DNA of 64,000 nt from Gammaproteobacteria bacterium (lineage in GTDB: Bacteria; Pseudomonadota; Gammaproteobacteria; GCA-001735895), in NCBI GenBank assembly GCA_024225395.1, contig JAAEMR010000044.1, positions 8,132-72,131 on the forward strand. Reading direction: 5' to 3'. Position 1 is the first letter of the stretch; the number at the start of each line of letters is the position of its first letter. This document shows positions 1-10,306 of the stretch, piece by piece. Below the pieces are notes generated by a model, which was not told the origin of the DNA, did no database searches, and worked only from the letters and a program-made list of their open reading frames with translations. A program made the position numbers and the translations under genes.

Positions 1-383
1 TCAATGCTGCTGATGCAGATGGTTCTAGCGAGATTCAAAACGTATTTGATGAGCTGGGTCGGATTGCCGGTCGTCCCTGGGTGATGTTATCGGCTGGTGC
101 TGGTAAAGCAGAATTTCGCAATGTATTAAAGCACGCGTTTAAAGCTGGAGCTTCCGGATTTCTCGCGGGTCGTGCGATCTGGCTGGATGCTTTTAATGCT
201 TACCCCGACTGGGATCAGATTCGTACCGATCTTGACGGTGAATCTAGTGATTATTTGTCAGATATCTCTGCATTAGCAAATCGAGAAGCGCATGATTGGT
301 CAAAACATGCCTGTTACGGTGAGCAAGGTGCTGTTTTCTCACCAGCTGATGCCAGCTTCCGCCATGATTATGATGAACTTTAG
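1..383 (+). CDS. Class I aldolase, DeoC/LacD family (tagatose-bisphosphate / sulfofructose-phosphate aldolase-like); 3' fragment of a gene that starts upstream of the window
   Basis: The ORF is open from the window edge. The C-terminal motif ...PWVMLSAGAGK...AGASGFLAGRAIW... matches the conserved C-terminus of LacD/YihT-type aldolases. The gene is followed by co-directional sugar-metabolism genes. Confidence 0.5.
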   Translation, partial: NAADADGSSEIQNVFDELGRIAGRPWVMLSAGAGKAEFRNVLKHAFKAGASGFLAGRAIWLDAFNAYPDWDQIRTDLDGESSDYLSDISALANREAHDWSKHACYGEQGAVFSPADASFRHDYDEL

Positions 384-416
384 ACCATAATTATAGGAAA
401 AAATTTTTAGGACACA

Positions 417-1805
417 ATGATGAAAATAGGCGTTATACCCCTTGGTCGTCCCACTTTTGACGTAGAGCTGGCTGAAAAAAAGCTGGCGCAAATGTTAAAG
501 AAATTAGCAGAAAGCGGAAATGAAATTATCGGCTCGGATACCCTTTTGTTTGATGAGCCTGGCACCCAACAGGCGATGACTGAGTTACAAAGTCAATCGG
601 TTGATCAAATACTGATACTGCAAGTTACTTTTACAGACGCTTCGATGGCGGTTGCTGCAGCATCGAAATTTGATCAACCTTTATCTATTTGGGCTATACC
701 TGAACCGCGCTTGGGAGGACGGTTGAGACTCAACGCTTTTTGTGGACTTAATTTGTTTAGTCACGCACTGAGCCTTTGTGACAAAACTTTTTCCTGGTTG
801 TATGCAGATCCCGATGAAGATGTTGAATCAGACTTAACGGCTCTTTTATCCGAGCAGCGATTATCAGAGCATTTACAGCCAATCTCCGCTGAAAAGTTTT
901 TCTCAGAAGCGGGTCAAAAAGTAACTGAGTCTATCAGTGGGCGTCGTATCGCGCGCATTGGAGAACATCCGACGGGTTTTGACTCTTGTGCTTATTCGGA
1001 AGAACAAATCACAAAACTGGCGGGTGTGACGGTTGACGCTTTGAAACTTGATGAGCTTTTTAGTGCTGCCAGTTCGGCATCCACACAAGAAACCGCGGTT
1101 GTACGTAAACTGGCGGAATCATCACTTTCAGATTTAGATGAAGTAAATCAAAAAGAGCTGGATCATTCTTTAAGGTTAAAAGTAGGTCTGGATAACATTC
1201 GAACAAAAGGCAACTACGATGCTTTTGCTATTCGATGTTGGCCAGAGACATTTACAGAGTATGGTGGAGCGGTCTGCGGCCCTGCATCCATGATGGGTGA
1301 AGCAAAGGTACCTTGCGCCTGTGAAGCTGATGTTTATGGTTCATTGAGTCAACTCATATTGCAGGAGGCTTCAGGGGAAGCCGTCTTTTTGACTGATTTG
1401 GTTGATATGGACAAAACGGATAATACCGGTGTTTTTTGGCACTGTGGTCAGGCACCAGTATCGATGCGTGCGCCAGAAGTAAATGCGACAGCTACTATTC
1501 ATACTAACCGAAAAATGCCACTTCTTTATGAATTTTCACTCAAAGCGGGGCCTGTGACTATGGTGCGTATATCACAATCCTTTAACCAGCCAAAAATGAT
1601 TTTAAGCTATGGTGAAATATTGAGTAGGCCTATGTCATTTACCGGAACATCCGGAGTGGTTCGCTTCGAACGTGATACGGGCAGTGTGCTGGAGGATATT
1701 ATCAATTCGGGACTGGAGCATCACATGGCGCTTGCTTATGGAGATCATCGTGAAGTACTACGCAGCGTGGCTGCGGCGATGAAACTACCGTTACTGGAGT
1801 TATAA
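417..1805 (+). CDS. Sugar isomerase of the L-arabinose/L-fucose isomerase (AraA/FucI) family
   Basis: 462 aa. The motif VPCACEADVYGSL resembles the metal-binding core of AraA/FucI-family isomerases (AVCEADV...). The reading frame sits tightly within the operon. Confidence 0.55.
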   Translation: MMKIGVIPLGRPTFDVELAEKKLAQMLKKLAESGNEIIGSDTLLFDEPGTQQAMTELQSQSVDQILILQVTFTDASMAVAAASKFDQPLSIWAIPEPRLGGRLRLNAFCGLNLFSHALSLCDKTFSWLYADPDEDVESDLTALLSEQRLSEHLQPISAEKFFSEAGQKVTESISGRRIARIGEHPTGFDSCAYSEEQITKLAGVTVDALKLDELFSAASSASTQETAVVRKLAESSLSDLDEVNQKELDHSLRLKVGLDNIRTKGNYDAFAIRCWPETFTEYGGAVCGPASMMGEAKVPCACEADVYGSLSQLILQEASGEAVFLTDLVDMDKTDNTGVFWHCGQAPVSMRAPEVNATATIHTNRKMPLLYEFSLKAGPVTMVRISQSFNQPKMILSYGEILSRPMSFTGTSGVVRFERDTGSVLEDIINSGLEHHMALAYGDHREVLRSVAAAMKLPLLEL

Positions 1806-2828
1806 ATGAATATTACTGCTTTTGGGAAAATGCCTGATGGCAGCGTGGTTGACTGTATCTCGCTCAGTGCAGGATCACTTACCGCAAAGATTCTAACTTA
1901 TGGTTCGGTTTTACAAGACCTGCGACTGGATGGGCATAGTCCATCACTGGTGTTAGGGTTTGATTCCTTAGAGCATTACCTCGATCATTCCCCTTACTTT
2001 GGAGCTACTGCAGGCCGCTGCGCTAATCGCATAGGACATGGACACTTGCTGCTTGAAGGTGTGGAATATCAATTGGATCAAAACTTTCTTCAACGACACC
2101 ACCTCCATGGCGGTGCCATGGGTATTGGAAAAAGGTTATGGAAGATTGAAAAAGCAAACACTGAACGGGTTACTTTATCGATTAAATTAGCCGATGGTGA
2201 AATGGGTTACCCTGGCAATATGGACGTAGAGGTGACGTATCGGTTATTGCCAGCAGGAGTGTTAGATATTTGTTTCGAGGCTACCACGGATAAAACGACG
2301 CTGTGCAATTTAGCCCATCATAGTTATTTTAATCTTAGCGGACGAGATTCTATTCTTGATCACAGGCTGCGAGTAGAAGCCGCTAGCTTTACTCCTGTTG
2401 ATGATGAATTGATTCCTACAGGAGAGGTGAGGTCGGTAACTGGTAGCATTTTTGATTTACGTCAGTTTAAAGATGTAGGGTCGATAGTCCATAAACAGGG
2501 AATTGATCATAACTTTTGTCTGTCTGATCAACGTCAATCACTGCGTTCAGTCGCTTTCCTGGAAAGTCCAAGCTCAGCTGTGAGTATGACAGTTCGCACC
2601 ACCGAACCGGGATTACAAATCTATGATGGTGCGCGCGTAGCTCCACCAGTACCTGGCCTTGATGGTTTGCATATGAAAGCCTATGCAGGTATCGCACTGG
2701 AACCACAGATATGGCCAGATGCGATTCACCACAGTCATTTTCCACAAGCTGTTTTACATTCTGATGAGGTATATAAACAGCGCACTCAATATATTTTTAG
2801 CAATAAAACTGGGGGTTTGTCATCATGA
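1806..2828 (+). CDS. Aldose 1-epimerase (mutarotase) family protein
   Basis: 340 aa. The N-terminal region ...DGSVVDCISLSAGSLTAKILTYGSVLQDLRL is typical of galactose mutarotase-like proteins. Its start codon directly abuts the upstream stop codon. Confidence 0.7.
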   Translation: MNITAFGKMPDGSVVDCISLSAGSLTAKILTYGSVLQDLRLDGHSPSLVLGFDSLEHYLDHSPYFGATAGRCANRIGHGHLLLEGVEYQLDQNFLQRHHLHGGAMGIGKRLWKIEKANTERVTLSIKLADGEMGYPGNMDVEVTYRLLPAGVLDICFEATTDKTTLCNLAHHSYFNLSGRDSILDHRLRVEAASFTPVDDELIPTGEVRSVTGSIFDLRQFKDVGSIVHKQGIDHNFCLSDQRQSLRSVAFLESPSSAVSMTVRTTEPGLQIYDGARVAPPVPGLDGLHMKAYAGIALEPQIWPDAIHHSHFPQAVLHSDEVYKQRTQYIFSNKTGGLSS

Positions 2829-3916
2829 TTCGTTATGGCTTAATTGGTTCCGGGATGATGGGGCAGGAACACATTCGAAATATAAAACTGCTGGAAGATG
2901 CAGAGGTAGTAGCTATTGCTGACCCAGATCAGGAGATGCGTGATCTTTCTTTCAAAACCAGTAACGGTACGGCGAAGTTATATAGTGATTACAAGCGGAT
3001 GCTGGATGATGACATATGCGATGTGTATGTGATTGTCGCTCCTAATGACACGCATCATCAAATACTTCTCGATACTATACCGGCTAACAAACCTATTTTG
3101 TGTGAAAAACCGCTTTGTACAACCGTAGAACATTGCAGGGAGGTAATCGCTCTGGCAGAGGATTACGCTACAGTGGTTTGGGTTGCCATGGAATATCGAT
3201 ACATGCCACCCGTGCAACGATTATTATCCGAGGTCGATAAAGGCACTACTGGTAGTTTGCAAATGATGAATATTCGCGAACACCGGTTTCCTTTTTTGAC
3301 CAAGGTGGGAGACTGGAACCGCTTTAACAAAAGAACCGGGGGTACGCTCACCGAAAAATGTTGTCACTTCTGGGATTTGATGCGTTTAACATTAAACAGC
3401 GATCCGATTCGGGTGTACGCGTCAGGTGCAATGGATGTTAACCACATTGATGAGCGTTATGATGGGAAAGTACCGGATATAATTGATAATGCTTTTGTCA
3501 CGGTTGACTTTGAAAATGGTAGCAGGGCTATGCTGGATCTTTGTATGTTTTCAGAGGGTTCCTATTGGCAGGAACAGATATCGGTGACCGGTCCCAAAGC
3601 TCGTGTAGATGCCTATATTCCCGGGCCTGCGCGTTTCAGCACAGATGGAAAAGAGCGACATGCTCAATTGAGTATATCTGATCGTAAAAGCAAAACCGAG
3701 ACTAGAGTAGATGTGATAGTTGATGAGACAATTTTACAGGCAGGTGACCATCACGGGTCGTCATTTTATCAACATCAAAAATTTCTGGATATGGTACAAA
3801 GTGGCAGTTCAACGCCAGAGGTTAGTTTGATCGATGGCTTATGGTCAGTGTGCGTAGGGGAAGCAGCTGAACGCTCTGCACGAACCGGGCAGGTCGTGCA
3901 GCTTGATCGGGTTTAA
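2825..3916 (+). CDS. Gfo/Idh/MocA-family NAD(P)-dependent oxidoreductase
   Basis: The N-terminal Rossmann motif GLIGSGMMGQEHIRNI and the EKPL motif are present. It shares a 4-bp ATGA overlap with the upstream gene. Confidence 0.75.
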   Translation: MIRYGLIGSGMMGQEHIRNIKLLEDAEVVAIADPDQEMRDLSFKTSNGTAKLYSDYKRMLDDDICDVYVIVAPNDTHHQILLDTIPANKPILCEKPLCTTVEHCREVIALAEDYATVVWVAMEYRYMPPVQRLLSEVDKGTTGSLQMMNIREHRFPFLTKVGDWNRFNKRTGGTLTEKCCHFWDLMRLTLNSDPIRVYASGAMDVNHIDERYDGKVPDIIDNAFVTVDFENGSRAMLDLCMFSEGSYWQEQISVTGPKARVDAYIPGPARFSTDGKERHAQLSISDRKSKTETRVDVIVDETILQAGDHHGSSFYQHQKFLDMVQSGSSTPEVSLIDGLWSVCVGEAAERSARTGQVVQLDRV

Positions 3917-3943
3917 CCCGGGTTAAACTCGAATTTTACAGCT

Positions 3944-4807
3944 TTATTTGTTTGCGACTACCTTGAATGAGGAAGAAAAATCTTCTGCGCCAAAACCTTT
4001 TTCCATGCCCTGGTCATAAACCTCGACCACTCTGTCTATAGTTGGTAATTCTAACCCGGCTTCTTGCGCCATTTGTTGAGCAATATGAACATCTTTGTGC
4101 ATGTTTTGCAGGCTAAAAGCAGCCGGATATTCATTTTTGTCAATATTAGGCCATTTAGCGTTGAGGTAAAAATTTCCAGCTCCACCATAAGAAATTGCTT
4201 CAACAAACTGGTCAGTTTTTATACCTTGATGGTGTGCCATGGTAATCATTTCGTTAACACCGTTCTGGATTTCTCCAACCAGCATGTTATGGCAAATTTT
4301 CATCACCAGACCTGAGCCATTATCGCCAAGATGTATGACGTTATTTCCCATACAAAGAAGTATGTCCTTCACCGTTTCATCAAAAACCGATTTGTTACCA
4401 CCAGCATAAATGCCAAGTGTTCCGTCTATTGCTGCGGGCTGAGATTTTACAACCGGGCAGTCGAGCATTGTTGCTCCTTTGCTTTCGACTTGTTTGGAAA
4501 TTTCTATAGATGCTGATGGTTCAATAGTGCTCATATCAATGGTTATCTTTCCAGCGGTAAGAGCAGGTAATAATTCTGAATACACAGCGCGGACATCCTT
4601 GCTGGCAGTGACCATGGTGATGATAACATCTGCTTTTTCACCAACTTCCTTGATCGAAGAAGCACTCTTTGCTCCGGCTTTGACCATTGTCTCAGCTACT
4701 GCTGGTTTTCGTGCAAATACCAGTACCGTGTCTTCTTTACGTTTGTTGACTAAATTCATTGCCATAGGAGTACCCATGGTGCCTAAACCGATAAATCCTA
4801 TAATCAC
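3944..4807 (-). CDS. NAD-binding beta-hydroxyacid dehydrogenase (3-hydroxyisobutyrate dehydrogenase / tartronate-semialdehyde or sulfolactaldehyde reductase family)
   Basis: IGFIGLGTMGTPMAMNL dinucleotide-binding motif plus the central catalytic Lys region (GSGLVMKICHNM). Length 287 aa. Confidence 0.8.
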   Translation of the reverse strand: MIIGFIGLGTMGTPMAMNLVNKRKEDTVLVFARKPAVAETMVKAGAKSASSIKEVGEKADVIITMVTASKDVRAVYSELLPALTAGKITIDMSTIEPSASIEISKQVESKGATMLDCPVVKSQPAAIDGTLGIYAGGNKSVFDETVKDILLCMGNNVIHLGDNGSGLVMKICHNMLVGEIQNGVNEMITMAHHQGIKTDQFVEAISYGGAGNFYLNAKWPNIDKNEYPAAFSLQNMHKDVHIAQQMAQEAGLELPTIDRVVEVYDQGMEKGFGAEDFSSSFKVVANK

Positions 4808-5100
4808 TCTTCACCTCTCATCGATGTTTATTTATGTTGAAGATGTACTTTTTAGTGCAAAATTAGTCTCCGAGTAATGGCTTTTATGCACCATAATTGG
4901 ACCAATTATAAAAATAAATATTATACTCAAATTGTTAAAATATTTATAGTATTATATAAGACTAGTTGACTATTGTTGAGTTAGGGAAATAGTCTTATCT
5001 TAAAGCTTGTCTTCGGCTATAAGGTGTCAACTAGCATTCAAATTAGAACCTTGGAAAGGGTACTGACAAATTAACTGTCTTTTCGCGATAATTTACAGAT

Positions 5101-5340
5101 GACGAATTCCCTCCTGAAATCATCCAATATGCAGTGTGGCTTTACTATCGATTTAATCTCAGTCATCCGGATATTAAAGGTCTATTAGCTCATCGCGGAA
5201 TCATTGTCAGTCGAGAATCCATTCGGTTATGGTGTAATAAGTTTGGATCTAAATATGCGACCAGATTGCGTAAGAAGCATCAGGGATATGGCGACACTTT
5301 TTTATTTTCGACAGCTTCGTCAAATAAATGGCCAGCCTGA
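5101..5340 (+). pseudogene. IS6-family transposase remnant (N-terminal portion only, no start codon, truncated 3')
   Basis: EFPPEIIQYAVWLYYRFNLSHPDIKGLLAHRGIIVSRESIRLWCNKFG...LRKKHQGYGDTF follows the conserved N-terminal pattern of IS6 (IS26/IS257-like) transposases. The frame then decays and is overlapped by the neighbouring gene's 3' end. Confidence 0.5.
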
Positions 5341-5362
5341 TACAAGGTGCCTTTCCCACTCT

Positions 5363-7828
5363 TTAATGTTGCTGAATAATGACCTGGTCGCTGCCATTAC
5401 AAGATATCATTACATGACTGCCGCTACCATCGGTAAAATGTGCATTGGTAGGGGAGTCACATCCCGTTAAAGATATGACTGTACTATTTGTGATGCTGGC
5501 ATCGGCATCGATACTCGTAACAGTGTAGTTGTTCTCGTTAAAACCAGTAGTGAGTGCCAATACTCCATCTCCATCGGGATCGGGGATGAGGTCAATATCA
5601 AGTGGACTTCCTCCCACATCAGCTGTGTTATGGATCACAGGCGTTACCTCTGGATTTGCCCAGCTTATGGTAGAAATGGTGTTGTCTCCAAAGTTTGATG
5701 TCACGCACACTCCACGTAGGCAGCGTAGTCGCCATGGATACATCCCGACCGAACCCAGATTTTGATCAGTATTGTCAATGTGCTCTTCTCTTGGATCAAA
5801 CAACCATAATGAGCCGTTAGTTTCTTCACCATTCTCAACAAGTACCAGTGCAGGTCCATCGAAACCACCAACAACGCTGACAACATCACCACTTTGTCGC
5901 CATTCGCCACTGGTTCGTATAAAACCTGCAGGTCGCCTCCAATCCGTTACCTCGCTATCCCAGCCAAGAAAGCTGACTGAATCACTGCCATTGTCTACCA
6001 CCAGATATCCGGTGTCGCGACCATTTATATCGACGGGCCCCGGGACAATGTCGGTAACACGACTGTTAGGGTAAGGGTGAAACTGGGACATTCCCCATTC
6101 GCCAGAATCCGAATTATATGAGGTTTCACTGTAACCGCCGCTGCCGGTATAGAATACCATCCATTCTGCTGTATCTCGATCAGACTCAGGAGCTACCAGG
6201 AATACACCACCCAGATACGGGTATAAACCTGCGGGCATCGACAGGCGTTCCACTTCGGTGCCATCGTGTAAATCCCAAACTCCAATTTGATCAGCACCTG
6301 ATACAAGGGCATAGTCACGGTCTGCAGGAAGATCCAGAACATCCAAAGACTGGTGTCTTATAGGTGATTCATCTGCAAAGGGATCGCCTGCAGACCAGTA
6401 ATTATCACGCACATTAAGTCCGATATAACCTACGTATGTTTCTGGTGCAGTCAGCTGGAATGAGTCTATCCAGCCAATACTCTCAGGGTCCTTGCAGCTT
6501 ACATGGACAGTGAGTAAATCTTTAGCCATGTAGAAACCTTCATCCTTTGGAAATACCCTTAGCTCAAATCCAATAGTCGTATCACCAGCTTTTAAACATT
6601 TATAACTAAGGTTTTGGGTATTAGCGCCTATTACAGGATTTTGGATCTCTATGGCATCATATTTCTTATTGGGAAACAGAGTGATCATTTCCGCTCCAGC
6701 ACTGGTAGCAGGATTGCCTAATTCTGTTTTCGATACAATGCCTGGATTACTGTCCAGGATCCAGATTTCGTATTCATTAGTGTTGTCTAATGCAATTTCA
6801 GTAATGGCAATTTTGAATGACTCCTCTAGTGTCTTAGTTACTTTGCTGGGGGCGAGTAAAAAACTTGTTGCGGGTCCGGATCCATAAGGAGAGATTATTG
6901 AAGTGGCCCCTGAATTGCTATCAGGCCCTATACAGATAATCCATTTGTCTTGTCGCTTAGTTACTATATTGGATAGTTTAAAGCCTTTAACTAACTTGAA
7001 AGTGCCATCTGAATACATGTCTTCATAGCCAACACTGAAGTGTGGTTTAGCCAGGCCTGGTCTTAAGCATTCCAGTTTCACTGTTCCCGATAATACTGAG
7101 GCTTGGCTTGCAACCAATGAGCCCATATCTATGGGCATTTCTTCCAAAATTGCTAATGGATCTGCTAAATCCACAGATCCATAAAATGCTATTCGCTCAG
7201 CACTGATATCGGATTCAGCAGAATGAGTAACCATGGCATTAACATTAAACTTCTGACCAACCTGTGCGACACCAGGGATTCCAGTTATTTTAAATCGATC
7301 ATAAAGACCTAATACTACGGCTATAGTGGAGAAATGACTCAGTTCACCACTTAAGCTGGTGATCCCAGTATTCTGATCTATTGATAATGTTACATTATCC
7401 AATAGCTCAATAATGCTATTGGATGAGGTGAGTATCGCCGCAATCGCACTACCTGCATCGTCATCTTCAAGTATTGACAACTCAATTGGAATACTAATTG
7501 TAATTGGCTTTTCCAGGGTTAAACCAGAAGGCCCCAGTTCATACGCAAAAATTGTATCAATACCTTCAAATTCTTCGGGAAAATCAACAGGATTTAGTTT
7601 AGTGACGCTGATATCAACTGTCTCAGTTAATGCATCTGCCGGTATCTGAAGACTAAGCAGTCCATCCGCGGAAGAAATAGCTCCCCCTTCAGCACCGACT
7701 GTAACGATGACGGGAGTATCCGTGTTTATGTTATCGTTATTGCTTCCACCACCACAGGCAGCTAAAACGATAGAAAAAGATAAAATGATAATTAAACGGA
7801 AGGCCTTAATTAAGTAAAGAACACCCAT
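5363..7828 (-). CDS. Large predicted lipoprotein (821 aa), surface or secreted, function unknown
   Basis: Signal peptide with a lipobox (…SIVLAAC GGGSNND). Ser/Thr/Gly/Asp-rich beta-type composition. Confidence 0.6.
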   Translation of the reverse strand: MGVLYLIKAFRLIIILSFSIVLAACGGGSNNDNINTDTPVIVTVGAEGGAISSADGLLSLQIPADALTETVDISVTKLNPVDFPEEFEGIDTIFAYELGPSGLTLEKPITISIPIELSILEDDDAGSAIAAILTSSNSIIELLDNVTLSIDQNTGITSLSGELSHFSTIAVVLGLYDRFKITGIPGVAQVGQKFNVNAMVTHSAESDISAERIAFYGSVDLADPLAILEEMPIDMGSLVASQASVLSGTVKLECLRPGLAKPHFSVGYEDMYSDGTFKLVKGFKLSNIVTKRQDKWIICIGPDSNSGATSIISPYGSGPATSFLLAPSKVTKTLEESFKIAITEIALDNTNEYEIWILDSNPGIVSKTELGNPATSAGAEMITLFPNKKYDAIEIQNPVIGANTQNLSYKCLKAGDTTIGFELRVFPKDEGFYMAKDLLTVHVSCKDPESIGWIDSFQLTAPETYVGYIGLNVRDNYWSAGDPFADESPIRHQSLDVLDLPADRDYALVSGADQIGVWDLHDGTEVERLSMPAGLYPYLGGVFLVAPESDRDTAEWMVFYTGSGGYSETSYNSDSGEWGMSQFHPYPNSRVTDIVPGPVDINGRDTGYLVVDNGSDSVSFLGWDSEVTDWRRPAGFIRTSGEWRQSGDVVSVVGGFDGPALVLVENGEETNGSLWLFDPREEHIDNTDQNLGSVGMYPWRLRCLRGVCVTSNFGDNTISTISWANPEVTPVIHNTADVGGSPLDIDLIPDPDGDGVLALTTGFNENNYTVTSIDADASITNSTVISLTGCDSPTNAHFTDGSGSHVMISCNGSDQVIIQQH

Positions 7829-7990
7829 GATGTTTAACCTCTATTTATTTAAAGGCTACTCTCACCATGAATCAAAAACAATTCAAGATGGATATAGAAT
7901 TGACCTGTATCAAAGGCTATAAATGGACCATTGCGGGTATCGAGGTTGTCACACAGAATTGACCGGTTCACGCCCTGAGTCATTCACCTT

Positions 7991-8217
7991 GGTCAGATAA
8001 ATGGCCGGTGACTGGAATAGAACTGGCTGATACTCTGGAAAAAAAGAGCAAATATATCTTTTGAAAAATAAACCGGGAAGTGTCAGGTTTTTAAACTTTC
8101 TGGTTTCCCCATACCGGACAAAGTAGACAACAGGATCTTCGGTTTACAGCTAGGTCAGAGAGATTAATAATGCTTTCCATTGGTCTTAAAAATGAACAAA
8201 GGAGTCGTTCCAGTCGG
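7991..8217 (+). repeat. Interspersed non-coding repeat, copy A (about 225-nt family)
   Basis: Shares the GGTCAGA(C/T)AAA…CTGGAAT…GGGAAGTGTCAGGTTT…CCATACCGGAC…TTCGGTTTA…ATGAACAAAGGAGTCGTTCC core with copies at about 13006, 15326, 19951 and 60361. Confidence 0.6.
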
Positions 8218-8231
8218 TGCACTAGAGAACT

Positions 8232-9494
8232 TTATTTTAACTTATGGTGCCAGATATTATTCAGGTTTAGACTCTGTTCTTTTCGAGGAATAACAACAAT
8301 TCCGCTCCTCGTTACGTGATAAAGTTGCTTGTCTTTTTCCTGATCATAACCTATTACGGTGTTTGCAGGAATTTTGACGTGTTTATCGATGATGGCTCGC
8401 CGAATTTTACATCCTCGACCTATCTCTACTTTATCAAATAATATTGAATCGCTGATGTCGCAATAGCTATTAACCTTAATATTTCGCCCTAGCACGCTGT
8501 CGTAAACTTTGCTGCCGCTTAGGATAGTTCCCTCGGAGATAATGGAATCCACTGCCATGCCTCTGCGACCATCGTCATTAAAGGCAAATTTTACCGGAGG
8601 AGAGCTTAGTTCAGCAGTTCTTAGCGGCCACTGATCATTATAAAGATTAAAATTTGGTGAAATACTTTTTAAATCCATGTTTGCTTCGAAGAAATCATCG
8701 ATGTCTCCAACATCTTTCCAGTAGTCTCTTTCCTCCTGAGTAACCGACCCCGGTACTCTGTTCAGGCCGAAATCATAAGCGAAAACTTTCATCCTGTGGC
8801 ATATATCAGGCAGTATCGTTCTCCCGAAATCATGATCAGTATTCATTACCGCATCACTCTTGAGTTCTTCTAGCAGTACCTCAGTATTAAAAATGTAGTT
8901 TCCCATCGATACCAGACATTTACCAGGATCGTTCGGTATAGTAACAGGCACTTTAGGTTTTTCGTAAAACTGCTTTACCTTCCAGTCCTCATCAATCTCG
9001 AGGCAACCGAATTTATACGATTCTTCCTTGTCGATGCACAAAGCTGATACAGTTGCATCGGCATTTTTCTTTTCATGGAAGGTGATCATCTGGCTCACAT
9101 CCATACGGTAAATATGATCCGCTCCGAATATCGCAACATAGTCTGGCATGGCTCTTTCTATGAGGTGGATATTCTGGTAGATAGAGTCAGCGGTCCCTTT
9201 GTACCAACTTTCACCAACTCTCATTTGTGCAGGAACAAGAGTAATAAACTGATTTCTAAGCAGCGAGCCGAATTGCCAGCCATTTTCAAGATGCTCTACC
9301 AGTGACTGAGATTTAAACTGCGTGAGTACGTAAATCGAACAGATGCCGGAATTGACTAGATTGCTAAGGATAAAATCAATTATCCGGTATTTTCCACCAA
9401 AAGGAACTGCCGGTTTCGCCCTGTCCTTAGTCAGTGGATAGAGCCTGGTTCCTTTTCCACCGGCCATGATTAATGCTAATACACTTTTTTTCAT
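8232..9494 (-). CDS. glgC: Glucose-1-phosphate adenylyltransferase
   Basis: 420 aa. N-terminus LALIMAGGKGTRLYPLTKDRAKPAVPFGGKYRIIDFILSN and the overall length match GlgC. Confidence 0.9.
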   Translation of the reverse strand: MKKSVLALIMAGGKGTRLYPLTKDRAKPAVPFGGKYRIIDFILSNLVNSGICSIYVLTQFKSQSLVEHLENGWQFGSLLRNQFITLVPAQMRVGESWYKGTADSIYQNIHLIERAMPDYVAIFGADHIYRMDVSQMITFHEKKNADATVSALCIDKEESYKFGCLEIDEDWKVKQFYEKPKVPVTIPNDPGKCLVSMGNYIFNTEVLLEELKSDAVMNTDHDFGRTILPDICHRMKVFAYDFGLNRVPGSVTQEERDYWKDVGDIDDFFEANMDLKSISPNFNLYNDQWPLRTAELSSPPVKFAFNDDGRRGMAVDSIISEGTILSGSKVYDSVLGRNIKVNSYCDISDSILFDKVEIGRGCKIRRAIIDKHVKIPANTVIGYDQEKDKQLYHVTRSGIVVIPRKEQSLNLNNIWHHKLK

Positions 9495-9905
9495 CCTGCC
9501 TCCCGAAATTCACGTTCTTCAAAAACTTGTCAAAACGGAAATGACATTTAGTAATAATATCAGTCATGCAAAATAGTCTAATTAGGATACTAGCATAATC
9601 GAGTATTACACATACAACAAAGCTGGCATATCCGGTTTTTCTGTATATTGAGAAGCCCCTTTACAAGCTATTGAGGTGAAAACTGATATTACCGAACATT
9701 TGTGGGTTTTATTATTTAAGATATAGCTAGAAAAATTAAATGTTCACAAATATGAAATTTAATTCTCAAGTAGTGAATTATTCTGGTGGATCGATTCTGA
9801 GATACAAGGCTGCTTCTTGTTTGATTGTAGCCATCATAGTGGTGAAAAAGAAAACTAGTAGTTTAACCTGTAAAATTGCACAAAAAGTTCATATGTTTGA
9901 CTCCA

Positions 9906-9960
9906 GAATGGACAAACCGGCCGTATATGCCAGCACCAAAACCGGCTCTTCACGACCGAC
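9906..9960 (+). repeat. 3'-end fragment of the interspersed repeat family
   Basis: GAATGGACAAACCGGCCGTATATGCCAGCACCAAAACCGGCTCTTCACGACC matches the 3' terminus seen at 60478-60536. Confidence 0.4.
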
Positions 9961-10306
9961 CCACCGCGGACCTTCAGAAAAAGCCAACCTCTATGACGTT
10001 GGCTTATTATATAGGGCATAAGTACTTAATTTGTCAGAATTCTGCCTGGCCTGTTTATTATTCAGGATATGAATCTGCCGGATGTTCCTCTGATAAGCTA
10101 TTCTTCTCTTTTAAAACATTCTTCTAACGATTCAATGAGACCGCTTTAATTGATACAATCCCATGAGCAGCTTCAGCAATCGGGGCATCGGACAAATTCA
10201 TCGTGAGAGGCCGGTTTCCTCCGAGTCCCTGAGCAAACCATGGGCTGACAGGGAAAGTAAGGTGCAGTCTTTATAGACGTACTTTGGGTTTAACATCTAA
10301 CAGTGG

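Noticed and set aside
2467-3351. Several 60-90-aa ORFs on the opposite strand or in alternative frames within the epimerase and oxidoreductase genes
   Set aside because: They overlap strongly supported CDSs and have no independent support.
5134-5340. 68-aa ORF as an independent small gene
   Set aside because: It is the surviving piece of an IS6-type transposase, so the pseudogene interpretation is better.
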